NCBI GenBank assembly: GCA_016180645.1
Contig: JACPAV010000034.1
Location: 1-57,061, forward strand
Reading direction: 5' to 3'
Source: Nitrospirota bacterium
GTDB taxonomy: Bacteria > JACPQY01
DNA: 57,061 nt
Numbering within the stretch: the first letter of the stretch is position 1; each line of letters starts with the position of its first letter. This document shows positions 28,930 to 38,435 of the stretch, piece after piece. Under the pieces are notes generated by a model. That model was not told the origin of the DNA and did no database searches. It worked only from the letters and a program-made list of their open reading frames with translations. The position numbers were made by a program, and so were the translations under genes.

Positions 28930-30208
28930 GGTGCGCCAGCTTCCACGTCGATCGTCCGTCCACGATGCCCGTGTTCGTGACCTCCGGGACCCCGCCGTTT
29001 TCCGCGTGGTCCAGCACTTCCAGAGTAATGGCGTCGAGACCGACGATGTTCTGGAGCCAGGAGTGGGCGACATCCGCCCCGATGTGGAGTCCGTACAGCC
29101 CCGGGCGCAGAAAATTGTCCAGGGTGAATTCGATCGTGTAGCGGCCCGGATCCAAGTTCCACAGCTTCCGATCGCCGTCATCGTCCTGGTGGACGGTGAA
29201 AACGTGGGACCCATCCACGGCGCGAATCCCCGCGCCGAAGGCGACATCCTTCAGGGGTTCCAGGGCTTCGATGTCCAGGCCGACCGCGATGGGCTGTTTC
29301 CAGAACAGGCTGAAGCTTCCATTCGCGCTGTTCAGCAACCGGATGCGCCGGATCCTCAATTTACGGACGCCGCGGTGGTGGTCCTCGTCACGGATGGTTT
29401 TTTCGGCCGCGTCCACTTGGTGCATGCTGAGGTACCGGGCCACCACGTCGTTGGCGGGCCCGTCGGCTTTCCGTTCGCCCTGCTCCAGAAGGATCGCCCG
29501 GGGGCAGAGCGCCTTGACGGTGCTCATGCTGTGGCTGACGATCAGGACCGTGCGGCCCTCCGAGGCGACCTGCTCCATCTTGCCCATGCATTTCTTCTGG
29601 AAGACCACGTCTCCCACGGCCAGGACCTCGTCCACCAGCATGATTTCCGGACGGAGGTGCGCGGCCACGGCGAAGGCGAGCCGCACGTACATCCCGCTGG
29701 AGTAGAACTTTACAGGCGTGTCGATGAATTTCTCCACCTCGGCGAACGCCACCATTTCGTCGAACCGCGCGTCAATTTCGGACTTCCTCATGCCGAGGAT
29801 GGCGCCGTTGAGATATACATTTTCACGGCCCGTCAGTTCCGGGTGGAAGCCGGTTCCGACTTCGAGAAGGCTGCCCACCCGGCCCGTGATCCGGGCACGG
29901 CCTTCGGTCGGTTCGGTGATGCGGGAGAGAATCTTGAGGAGGGTGCTCTTGCCGGCGCCGTTTCGCCCGATCACGCCGACCACCTCGCCGGGCTTCACCT
30001 CGAAGGAAACGTTCTTGAGGGCCCAAATTATTTCGTGGCTCGTGGCTCGTGGCTCGTGGCTCGTTGAAGATCGGAGAAGGCGGAAGGGGGATTTTATCTT
30101 GTCCATGAGGACGTCCCGCAGAGCGGTGTAGCCGTACAGGTTCCCCTGGCCGCTCCCGATCCGGTAGAGCTTGCTCAAGCCTTCGACTTGGATGACGGTT
30201 TCGGGCAT
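28922..30208 (-). CDS. wzt: Polysaccharide ABC exporter ATPase with C-terminal Wzt_C carbohydrate-binding domain
   Basis: GRNGAGKST Walker A, YSSGM signature, VDEVLAVGD Walker B, about 170-aa C-terminal extension. Confidence 0.93.
   Translation of the reverse strand: MPETVIQVEGLSKLYRIGSGQGNLYGYTALRDVLMDKIKSPFRLLRSSTSHEPRATSHEIIWALKNVSFEVKPGEVVGVIGRNGAGKSTLLKILSRITEPTEGRARITGRVGSLLEVGTGFHPELTGRENVYLNGAILGMRKSEIDARFDEMVAFAEVEKFIDTPVKFYSSGMYVRLAFAVAAHLRPEIMLVDEVLAVGDVVFQKKCMGKMEQVASEGRTVLIVSHSMSTVKALCPRAILLEQGERKADGPANDVVARYLSMHQVDAAEKTIRDEDHHRGVRKLRIRRIRLLNSANGSFSLFWKQPIAVGLDIEALEPLKDVAFGAGIRAVDGSHVFTVHQDDDGDRKLWNLDPGRYTIEFTLDNFLRPGLYGLHIGADVAHSWLQNIVGLDAITLEVLDHAENGGVPEVTNTGIVDGRSTWKLAHHG
30033..30064. 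repeat. Heptamer tandem repeat (TCGTGGC)x4.5 inside the 5' part of wzt
   Basis: Four perfect units at 30033-30060 plus TCGT. Confidence 0.9.
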
Positions 30209-30212
30209 GGCG

Positions 30213-31052
30213 TCAAATCACGTCCGCGAAGGTTCGTTCCATGCGGCGGAAGTACAGCAGACCCCCTGCAAGAACGGCGAGGACGACCGCCGTCGAAACG
30301 GCGATCAATCCGCCCGCCGGATGAGGCGTGCCCAGCAGGGCCCATCGGAAGCCTTCCACCACGCCGGCCATCGGATTGAGGCCGTAAAGCGTTCGCCATT
30401 TTTCCGGCACCAAACTGGCCGGATACACCACGGGCGTGGCGAACATCCAGAACTGGACCAGGAACCCGAGGACGTACCTCACGTCGCGGTACTTCACGTT
30501 CAAGGCGCACAGCCACAGGCCCACGCCCAGCGCGGTCATCATCGCGAGGAGGATGAAGAGAGGCAAGGTCCATACCGCGGCCGTGGGCGCCACCCTGAAA
30601 TAGACCATGAGGAGCAGAAGCATGCCGAAGGCGATGGCCAGATCGACGAGGCCCGACACCACGGACGAAAGGGGAAGGATCAGCCTCGGCACGTAGATCT
30701 TGGTGATGAGATTTTGGTGGCTGACGATGCTCTGGGTGGACTGGCTCAGGGCGTTGGAAAAATAGGTCCAGGGCAGCAGCGCAACGTAGCTGAACACGGG
30801 GTACGGTTGGCCGTCCGAAGGGATTCGCGCGAGCTTGCCGAAGAAGAGACTGAACACCACCATCGTGAAAAAGGGTTGGATGATCGCCCAGGCGGCGCCG
30901 ATCGCGGTCTGCTTGTATCGGACCTTGATGTCCCTCCAGATCAGGAAGTAGAGGAGTTCGCGGTAGTTCCAGATCTCGGCCCAATCCGGAAGCCGCCACC
31001 GGCTCGTCGGGTGGATGTCGATGACGGATCCTGATTCAATCGTTGCGTTCAT
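30213..31052 (-). CDS. wzm: Polysaccharide ABC exporter permease
   Basis: WRDIKVRYKQT, YRDVRY, TPVVYP, LNPMAG, ERTFADVI; start moved to ATG at 31052. Confidence 0.93.
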   Translation of the reverse strand: MNATIESGSVIDIHPTSRWRLPDWAEIWNYRELLYFLIWRDIKVRYKQTAIGAAWAIIQPFFTMVVFSLFFGKLARIPSDGQPYPVFSYVALLPWTYFSNALSQSTQSIVSHQNLITKIYVPRLILPLSSVVSGLVDLAIAFGMLLLLMVYFRVAPTAAVWTLPLFILLAMMTALGVGLWLCALNVKYRDVRYVLGFLVQFWMFATPVVYPASLVPEKWRTLYGLNPMAGVVEGFRWALLGTPHPAGGLIAVSTAVVLAVLAGGLLYFRRMERTFADVI

Positions 31053-31662
31053 GCCGGCTTTGCGCGCCTGCCTCCGGCGAATGCCCGGGTCCGGGCGCCG
31101 GGGGACTGAAAAGGATTTCATGGAGCACCGAGACGCCGATATCGCCGCCGTTCCAGCGACAGTCGAGAATCGCCACCGGAGACCCATCGACCGCCGCCCG
31201 CCGTCCGTTGCCCGTTCGGGCCGATTTCCTTCCGGCCACGCCGTTCCATGACCTCACGCTCTCAAAGGTCACGTCTCCTCGAGACTTGAGCGCATCCTCG
31301 ACGATGTGCACGATATCCCCCTCGCCGACCACGACAAAATGGGATTTCCCCTCGGCCTGCAATCGTTTCAGCAAGGACTCGATTCCCTGCCGCAGGGTCC
31401 GGTACGAGTCCAGGGTTTTCTGGACGTACTGCACGGAGCGCTGCATGACGTGGCGCAGCCCGCGGGGCGTGACGAAGTAGCGGAGCCGCCGTCCATCGAC
31501 GCTCTTGGCCTTGACGAGGCCGATCCGCATGCAACGGCGCAGGATGATGTTCGCGAGGCCGTGGGAAATCCCGCTTTGCCGGGCCAGGGCTCGTTGGGTG
31601 AGGTTGGGGTCCGCGGCCAGGAGTTCCAAAATCCCATAGGCCCTCTCCGGAAGATTGTCCAT
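31036..31662 (-). CDS. Winged-HTH transcriptional regulator (MarR-like, EPS-associated type)
   Basis: LTQRALARQSGISHGLAN...YFVTPRG; first gene of the wzm-wzt operon. Confidence 0.85.
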   Translation of the reverse strand: MDNLPERAYGILELLAADPNLTQRALARQSGISHGLANIILRRCMRIGLVKAKSVDGRRLRYFVTPRGLRHVMQRSVQYVQKTLDSYRTLRQGIESLLKRLQAEGKSHFVVVGEGDIVHIVEDALKSRGDVTFESVRSWNGVAGRKSARTGNGRRAAVDGSPVAILDCRWNGGDIGVSVLHEILFSPPAPGPGHSPEAGAQSRHERND

Positions 31663-31700
31663 TTATTGGACATTATGGCCGTCGGTGGTCGGCGAGTCAA
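31656..31700 (-). promoter_or_regulatory. Promoter TTGACT-N17-CATAAT with operator palindrome TGTCCA-N5-TGGACA covering the predicted TSS and start codon
   Basis: -35 at 31700-31695, -10 at 31677-31672, palindrome at 31656-31672, ATG at 31662. Confidence 0.7.
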
Positions 31701-31811
31701 GGCCAGGCAGGGACGGTGCGGCCCTTGTCCTACTGCCGGCCAAGGAGGGTCGGCGTTGGAGCACAAGGGGCGTTTGCGACTGTCGAAATGGGGGTGTAAA
31801 TATCATGCGCC

Positions 31812-32735
31812 TTGGAAGCCGTCCGATCCACCGTATCCGTCGTCATTCCCACGCGCTTCCGTCCCGAGGCGCTTCGGAAATGTCTGCTCTCCCTGCTCGG
31901 GCAGACGCAGCGGAAGCGATTGACGGACGTGATGGTGGTGGACGACGGGAGTTCGCCCGCCACGCGCGCTTGCGTGTCCGGCCTCGAGAAAGAATTTGCG
32001 AAGACCGTTCCGGAGTGCCGATTGACATATCTTGCGCAAGATTCTCTCGGGGCGAACGCGGCGCGAAACCTCGGGATTCGGGAGAGCCGGGGCTCCATCG
32101 TTGCGCTCATGGATGACGACGCCGTGGCGCCTGAGACGTGGCTGGAGGAACTGGCCGGCGGATTGGAGAGGGCGGGCGTTGACGCGGCCGGAGGAGCCAT
32201 CCGGTTGCGGGTGGAGGGACCGCTCATCGGAAAGCACCGGGAGGAGGTCAAATCCCTTTTTGCGGAAGTGCTGGAGCCGGCCCGCACGGACGACGGGCGC
32301 GTGGTCCCGGTCACGTGCAACATGGCGGCCCGCCGAAATGTTTTCGACCGCGCGATGTTCGACGAAACCGTGCGCCCGCCCGTAGAGGAAATCGACTGGC
32401 TTGTCCGCGCGCGGGCCGCGTCGGTTTTCCTTCCCGACGCCTGGCTTTGGCACGAGAAATCCCCGGAGGAACTGCGTTTGGCTGCGGCCCTCCGACTGGC
32501 TTGGAAACGGGGAAGCGAGACAGGTTGGTGGAGTCGAGTTCGTCTTCGTCGCCCGCTCTCCCGCCGCTTACGCGAGGCCGGGATGTCCGCGTGGACCGTG
32601 CTGTTCTCGGTGGGTCACGTCGCGCGGCGCCGCTGCGTGGGCGGGCTCCTCACGGCCGCGGGCGAAGCGGCGAGGCTCTTGGCCGTTCTCGGTCTCATCA
32701 ACCGCGGCGTTCGTTCTCCGAGGAGCTGGCGTTGA
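31812..32735 (+). CDS. GT2 glycosyltransferase
   Basis: SVVIPTRFR, VVDDGS, AARNLG, MDDD. Confidence 0.87.
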   Translation: MEAVRSTVSVVIPTRFRPEALRKCLLSLLGQTQRKRLTDVMVVDDGSSPATRACVSGLEKEFAKTVPECRLTYLAQDSLGANAARNLGIRESRGSIVALMDDDAVAPETWLEELAGGLERAGVDAAGGAIRLRVEGPLIGKHREEVKSLFAEVLEPARTDDGRVVPVTCNMAARRNVFDRAMFDETVRPPVEEIDWLVRARAASVFLPDAWLWHEKSPEELRLAAALRLAWKRGSETGWWSRVRLRRPLSRRLREAGMSAWTVLFSVGHVARRRCVGGLLTAAGEAARLLAVLGLINRGVRSPRSWR

Positions 32736-32836
32736 AGGCGGCGGCGCATCGAGCAGGCCGACCGCAGGGCGCCACGGGGACCGGGCAACCGCGGCTTTAT
32801 CGAATGCCCCGCCGGGAATAGAATCGCGCGCTTGGC

Positions 32837-34012
32837 ATGAATCGCATGGCCACCCCGAAGAAGGGCCGCCGCCTGCTGTTCGTCATCGATCAGCTTTCCG
32901 GCGGCACGGGACGGGTGTTCGTGGATCTTGCCCGGGGACTGGATCGAGCGCGATTCGAACCGCGGCTGGCCGTTGTCCACGGGGACTCGACGCTGCTGGG
33001 TCAGTGGCCGGGCGACCTTCCCGTGCATGCCCTCCGCCGGCCCGGCGAATCCTGGAGGCTCGGGCGATTCCTTGCTTATCGACGGCTTCAAAAGGTTGTG
33101 GAGGAGAATCGGATCGACCTGGTGGTGTCGGCCTTGGAGGTCTCCAACATTTATGCGGCCTTGTTGAGGAGGAGCGGGCGGCGCGCGCGGACCCTTCTTT
33201 CCTACCACACCAATTTGACGGCCTTCCGGCGCTACACGCGCGAGCGATTCAGTTTTTGCGGGCTGCCCATGGAATGGTACATTCGTCACCTGTACGCGTG
33301 GGCGGATGCCGTGGTTTCACCTTCTCGGGGCGGAGCGGAGGATCTGGTCAAGACCTACGGGCTGCCCGCTGGAAAATCGCGCTGGATCCCGAACCCCGTG
33401 GATCTCGGCCGGGTGCGGGAAATGTCCCATGAGCGGATCGAATGGCCGTGGCGGAGGGGGACGACGCCCGTCGTTTCGGTGGCCTCCGTGGGACAGCGGT
33501 GCGTGGACACCAAGGGATACGACGTGCTGGTTCGAGCGTTGGCCGAGTTCCGGGGAATCCGGGCGCCCCGGCTCGCCGTTCTGGGGTCGGGACCGCAGGA
33601 AAAGGCCGTGCGCGCGCTGGCCGCATCGCTCGGCCTGTCCGACCGCGTCTGGTTTGCGGGTAACCTGGAGAATCCCTGGAAATACGCGGCGCAAACGGAT
33701 CTCTTTGTTCTGCCCAGCCGGTGGGAGACCTTCAGCCTCGTCCTGGTGGAGGCCATGGCCTCCGGGTTGCCGGTCCTGGCGGCGGACTGCGACTTCGGTC
33801 CGCGGGAAATCATCGAGCACGGCAAGTCAGGCTGGTTGGTGCCGCCCGATGATCCGCATGCGATGGCGGAGGCGCTTCGCCGGCTCCTGCCGCGGAAGGA
33901 CGTGCTGAGACGGCTCGCCGGAAACGGCAGAAGGAGAGCCGAAGATTTTTCTCTCTCGCGCCGTGTGCCGGAGTATGAGAAACTTTTCCACGAGGTGCTT
34001 TCCACAAGATGA
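32837..34012 (+). CDS. GT4 glycosyltransferase
   Basis: LPSRWETFSLVLVEAMASGLPV, DCDFGPREI. Confidence 0.9.
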   Translation: MNRMATPKKGRRLLFVIDQLSGGTGRVFVDLARGLDRARFEPRLAVVHGDSTLLGQWPGDLPVHALRRPGESWRLGRFLAYRRLQKVVEENRIDLVVSALEVSNIYAALLRRSGRRARTLLSYHTNLTAFRRYTRERFSFCGLPMEWYIRHLYAWADAVVSPSRGGAEDLVKTYGLPAGKSRWIPNPVDLGRVREMSHERIEWPWRRGTTPVVSVASVGQRCVDTKGYDVLVRALAEFRGIRAPRLAVLGSGPQEKAVRALAASLGLSDRVWFAGNLENPWKYAAQTDLFVLPSRWETFSLVLVEAMASGLPVLAADCDFGPREIIEHGKSGWLVPPDDPHAMAEALRRLLPRKDVLRRLAGNGRRRAEDFSLSRRVPEYEKLFHEVLSTR

Positions 34013-35577
34013 AACGATTGGGACTCCATGTTCGCGCCGCCGCGGAGAAGGTGGCGGGGAACGAGCGCCTCCTCAAAGTGGGCATGGCCGTGCTCCTGGT
34101 TTACCTCGGTTGGCGGGCCGGGGCCTATCAGCTGGGCCAAGGGGGAGGTCTGTGGGCCAACCTGGCCATGGGGGTGGTTGCCCTCGTTGCTCTGGCGGCC
34201 CTCCCGTGGCGCTTTGCGCTGACGATAGCGACGCTGGTGGTGGTGGGGGAGGGCGCCCTCCGGAAGTGGGTTTTTCCGGATCGGCAGCCGGCGGTGTACG
34301 CCTTGAAGTATCTCCTGCTGGCCGCCGTTTATCTCCGGTTCATGGTGGAATGGGGTACGGGGAAGGTGAAGATGATTGTTCCCAGCCGGCTCTCGCTTCT
34401 GCTCCTTCTCTATGTCGGCTGGGTGCTTGTTCAGGCCTTCAATCCGGCGTTGCCGGACGCGTGGATCGGGGGGGTCGGCGTTTTTCAGCGGCTTTTCATG
34501 ATGCCGCTTTTTCTGGTCGTCCCTCAAGTGTGCCGGGATGAAAAGGACTGGATCCGGTATTTCCAGTTCCAGGTCATTGTGGCGGCGGCCCCTCTCGTTT
34601 TGGGCGTCGTCCAGTTCTTTCACGAGCCTTGGGACCTGATCAACCTCGATCCTTACGGTGGAGAGGGGATCGGTTCCGCTTTCGGCCACTTCTTCGGACT
34701 CATGATCACACGTCCCACCGGCAGCTTTCCGTCCATCTCCCAGTTTAACGCCTACATCACCCTCGTGGCTGCGATGGCGCTGATTCTTCTGACCGCGCGT
34801 GAGCATGAGGTTCGCTTCCTGAGATGGCTCCCCTATCCGACCATCCTCCTGGTCCTCTTCGGAGTCCTGGCGTCCCAATCGCGGGGCGCGGCGGTCATGT
34901 TCGCCGTCATCCTGGCCCTGATCTTCGGCTCCAGGAGGAACCTCCGTCTTCCGCGGCGGGGTCCGGTTCTGTGGGCGGGCGCGATGGTCCTCCTGGGGCT
35001 TGGGGCCGCGGTCATGAATAAGGAAATCCGCAACCATGCCTTTGGACGATTCACGGGAACGGAAGCGGGACAGGCCAACGAATCGCGCGAGTTTTTCACC
35101 CGAATGGGGATCATCGCAAGCGGACCGCTCAAAGCGGTGGAGGATCTCAGGGGGGGATTTCTTGGAGTTGGGGCCGGATTCCGAACCAACCTGGCCGGCC
35201 GGATCGGCGCCCGGTACGCGACCTCCAGCGTCCGTTCCGCGCTGGGAGCGGAGCAGGGCGTGGGCGATGAGATCGTCACGGAACTCGGCGTGCCCGGCCT
35301 CGTCCTCTACTATCTTCTGAAGGTGACATTTCTTTTGCTCATTCTTCGGGAAGCTCGGTCCCATCCGTCGACCGGCTGGAGGAGGCTGCTGATCTTCCCG
35401 CTCTTCGTTCATTTGATCGACTTGGGGCTCGGCCTGGAGCAGCGGGACCCGGTGTTCGCTTTCTATTATTGGTCGGGGACGGGGATCCTTCTTGCCGCGA
35501 TGGCGAAGAGGGCCGAGAACGAATCCGCCGCGAGTTTGGAGGCGGCCGAGAGCGGAAGGTCAGAGCTTGACTTGTGA
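34009..35577 (+). CDS. Wzy polymerase / O-antigen ligase-like membrane protein
   Basis: About 12 TM segments, RPTGSF, SQSRGA, large loop followed by GVGAG...ELGVPG. Confidence 0.72.
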   Translation: MKRLGLHVRAAAEKVAGNERLLKVGMAVLLVYLGWRAGAYQLGQGGGLWANLAMGVVALVALAALPWRFALTIATLVVVGEGALRKWVFPDRQPAVYALKYLLLAAVYLRFMVEWGTGKVKMIVPSRLSLLLLLYVGWVLVQAFNPALPDAWIGGVGVFQRLFMMPLFLVVPQVCRDEKDWIRYFQFQVIVAAAPLVLGVVQFFHEPWDLINLDPYGGEGIGSAFGHFFGLMITRPTGSFPSISQFNAYITLVAAMALILLTAREHEVRFLRWLPYPTILLVLFGVLASQSRGAAVMFAVILALIFGSRRNLRLPRRGPVLWAGAMVLLGLGAAVMNKEIRNHAFGRFTGTEAGQANESREFFTRMGIIASGPLKAVEDLRGGFLGVGAGFRTNLAGRIGARYATSSVRSALGAEQGVGDEIVTELGVPGLVLYYLLKVTFLLLILREARSHPSTGWRRLLIFPLFVHLIDLGLGLEQRDPVFAFYYWSGTGILLAAMAKRAENESAASLEAAESGRSELDL

Positions 35578-35581
35578 CTTA

Positions 35582-35770
35582 GAGCCTCTAACAGAATGCC
35601 GATTCGTAGGGGAGCATCTTCAGATGCTCCCAATACGGGCGGATCTAAAGATCCGCCCCTACGACTTGCTATCCTCCCGTGTTCGGGCTCCTCGTAGGGG
35701 AGCATCTTCAGATGCTCCCTCTTGTCGGGAGGGCCTGAAGGCCCTCCCCTACGCATTCTGTTAGACGCTC
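35582..35770. mobile_element. MITE-like element, 18-bp IRs GAGC(C/G)TCTAACAGAATGC, TTA flanks, carrying two GTAG-type REP doublets
   Basis: TTA at 35579-35581 and 35771-35773; internal GTAGGGGAGCATCTTCAGATGCTCCC hairpins; related copies at 39077 and 45723. Confidence 0.85.
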
Positions 35771-35772
35771 TT

Positions 35773-35963
35773 AGAATGCATCCGGAAACTCACCTGCCGT
35801 AGGGGAGGACCTTCAGGTCCTCCCTGCTTGGGAGCAGCTAAAGCTGCTCCCCTACACGCTGCTTGCTCCCAGGCAACGACTAAAGCTGCTCCCCTACACG
35901 CTGCTTGCTCCCAGGCAACGAACCGGCTCATTTGGCATTTCTGGACATTTCCGGACGCATTCT
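35773..35963. mobile_element. Second MITE-like element, 16-bp IRs AGAATGC(A/G)TCCGGAAA, containing a GTAG REP doublet and a 42-bp tandem duplication
   Basis: IR arms at 35773-35788 and 35948-35963; CTAAAGCTGCTCCCCTACACGCTGCTTGCTCCCAGGCAACGA is present twice. Confidence 0.7.
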
Positions 35964-35988
35964 TGCCGGTGCAGAACAGTCGAGTCAG

Positions 35989-37512
35989 TCAAGAATCAAG
36001 TTCAGACCCCCATTCCTGTGGCTTCCCTTGCGGCATGCCTGTGGGTGCTGTCGCGCATGCGGAAAAAGGGATGGGTGGCTTTGCCCGTGCCCGCCTGAAG
36101 ATTCCATCGACGAAGAGACCCACACCCACGGCAAGGAAGGGATCGATTGGAATTCGGTAGAAGCAATTCTCCTTCAACTCCAGCAGGCTGGAGATCCCAA
36201 AAGCATACAGGATATTGAACAGGGCGAATGCGGACAGGGCGGTTCCCGCGCGGGTTGATGGATCGTCGAACGAACGCAGGCCGGAGATCAACCGGCGTGT
36301 CCATGCGTAGAGTGCAGTCACGAAGACCGCCAACCCGATCAACGGCACGAGATAAATCACGGAGACATCCGCCATCGAGCGGAGGATGGAATCGGTCCGA
36401 AGGGTTCCCCAGTCGTCAAATTCCCAGAAGAAACGGTCGTTCTTGTTGCCGAAAAAAATATAGAGGGCGTTCAGGACCGCCAGCGCGTATTTGGCGGGGT
36501 ATTCTTTTACGAGGGTGACGGCATTCCGCTGGTACTCCTGCGAGGCCCGCGGATAGATGAGGTTGTTCCAATTCCCGTAGCCGTTTCGTTTCCACGGCGC
36601 ATCGAGCACTTCGATCCCCGTGTGGGGGGCCGTGCCGTAGTAGTCGATGAACGCCTGAGGCGGCGCCCAGCGATAGATGCCCACCAGGGGGGTGATTTTC
36701 CCCTCGGCCAGAAGCCTCTCCTTCTCGTCCGCCGCAACGTAGGCGGTCATCCCGAACAGATTCCCGCCCTGCCAGGTACTGGACGTGAACATGCCCAGCC
36801 AAACGTAATTTCGAACATAGAGGCTGCCCGCCGCCAGGACGAAGATGAGGGTCAGTGCGGTGTGGAGCCGCACACGGTCCGGCGCGCGCCGGGTGGTCAG
36901 ATAGAGTAGGAAAACGGCGATGGGCCCCATCCAGACGATGAGGTGATAGAAACTTCTCGTGAGAACGACGACGGCGGCCAGCAGGAGCGAAATCGCAAAC
37001 CATTTCGACTTTCCGGTCTGCGCGAAACGGTGGACCGTCACGGCCATGGCGCAAAGGAGCGCGGCGAGGGGCAATCCGTAGTACAGCCACCGTTCCGCTT
37101 TGAGCATGAGCGGGGAATGGACGAGGGCGAGGGTCAGGATCAGCGAGACCGCCCTTGAAACGCCGAACGACCTCATCAGGCCGAAGGTGAGCACGGCCAC
37201 CATCGCTCCCAGGATGAAGTACATCGAAGCGAAGACGATGAGATCGTACCCTTGCGGCGCTCCTTTCAGAACCAGACCCAAAAGCAAGTTGAACAAGGGA
37301 GGCTGACTGTGCATATGCAGGAGCCCTTGCAGGAGATCGGAGCGGAGAATTTCCGGATCGAGAAACTGCATGAACGACTGGAGAGGTTCGTCATAGAAGA
37401 AGGGACGAACGTGGTAGAGGACCGCGCGCGAGGCCGCGAAAAGGAGGAGAAGGAGAAGGAGACTCTTGACGTCTTTGCGGTCCACTCCGTGCCCGCCTAT
37501 TGACGCCAGCAT
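35989..37512 (-). CDS. Polytopic membrane protein (possible GT-C)
   Basis: MQFLDP...HSQPPLFN, many TM segments, periplasmic loop; follows a Dpm1-like GT2; start uncertain. Confidence 0.72.
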   Translation of the reverse strand: MLASIGGHGVDRKDVKSLLLLLLLFAASRAVLYHVRPFFYDEPLQSFMQFLDPEILRSDLLQGLLHMHSQPPLFNLLLGLVLKGAPQGYDLIVFASMYFILGAMVAVLTFGLMRSFGVSRAVSLILTLALVHSPLMLKAERWLYYGLPLAALLCAMAVTVHRFAQTGKSKWFAISLLLAAVVVLTRSFYHLIVWMGPIAVFLLYLTTRRAPDRVRLHTALTLIFVLAAGSLYVRNYVWLGMFTSSTWQGGNLFGMTAYVAADEKERLLAEGKITPLVGIYRWAPPQAFIDYYGTAPHTGIEVLDAPWKRNGYGNWNNLIYPRASQEYQRNAVTLVKEYPAKYALAVLNALYIFFGNKNDRFFWEFDDWGTLRTDSILRSMADVSVIYLVPLIGLAVFVTALYAWTRRLISGLRSFDDPSTRAGTALSAFALFNILYAFGISSLLELKENCFYRIPIDPFLAVGVGLFVDGIFRRARAKPPIPFSACATAPTGMPQGKPQEWGSELDS

Positions 37513-37712
37513 ATTAGGTGGGATTAACGGGGATTCTGATCGAGAGTTTCGTGTGAGGGATAGAGGAGGCCGGCAAGTCCGGGCGTCGCTGGAGGCAGAG
37601 CAACTCGTAGTGGAACTTCCGGCAGAGATGATCGATGTTCATTGGGGCGAAGGAGGGCCAGGGGGTGGAAATCGGCATCCGGTGTCGCATCTCCGGACCC
37701 TCTTTCATGCGG

Positions 37713-38435
37713 TCAGTAGTCTCCGCGCAGCAAATGTTTTTCCAGCCACACGTATAGGAGGGTAAACAAGTAGCGGCTTCCCATCTCCCTGATCGCGAAC
37801 TTGGACCGGTCCGCTTCCCGTCCATACCAGTGAGTCGGCACGGTGCCCACTTTGAAGCCCCGAATAAGCGCCTTGAGGGGAATCTCCACGGTGATGTTGA
37901 ATCGCTTGGAAATGAGGGGCTGAACCGCCTCAATCACTTCGCGGCGATACGCCTTGAATGCGTTGGTAAGGTCGTTGTGGGCCGACCAGAACATGATCTG
38001 CATCATCTTGTTTCCGATGCGGTTAAGAACCAGTTTGTGGAAAGGGTAGTTCTCTACTACCGCTCCTGGAACAAATCGGGATCCGAAAACACAATCGTAA
38101 CCTGCCTCCAGTTCGCGCACATAGGCCACGGCATCTTCCGGATCATCGGAGGCATCGGCCATGCAGATGACCACCGCGTCTCCGATCATGCGGGCAAACC
38201 CTTCGCGCAGGGCCATCCCCAGGCCAGGTTCCGAGTGGCGATGCACGGTGCTGACGTTGGGATAGCGCCTGCCCAGTTCATTTGCGATCAACCCCGTGTC
38301 GTCGGTGCTGTTGTCGTTGACGATCAGAACATGATGCGAGATGCCGTGCCCGTTGAACGTGCGGGTGAGGTTCTCCACGGTTTGCGACAGGAGAGCCGAC
38401 TCATTGTGGGCAGGCACCAACAGGCACGGTTTCAT
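37713..38435 (-). CDS. GT2 Dpm1-like polyprenol monophosphosugar synthase
   Basis: VPAHNES, NDNSTD, MADASDDP, GSRFVPG, DLTNAFKAYR. Confidence 0.9.
   Translation of the reverse strand: MKPCLLVPAHNESALLSQTVENLTRTFNGHGISHHVLIVNDNSTDDTGLIANELGRRYPNVSTVHRHSEPGLGMALREGFARMIGDAVVICMADASDDPEDAVAYVRELEAGYDCVFGSRFVPGAVVENYPFHKLVLNRIGNKMMQIMFWSAHNDLTNAFKAYRREVIEAVQPLISKRFNITVEIPLKALIRGFKVGTVPTHWYGREADRSKFAIREMGSRYLFTLLYVWLEKHLLRGDY

Noticed and set aside
33355-35412. 685-aa minus-strand ORF and similar long antisense ORFs (e.g. 27256-28980, 18402-19739, 45755-47086)
   Set aside because: They overlap well-supported genes on the opposite strand and have non-protein-like composition
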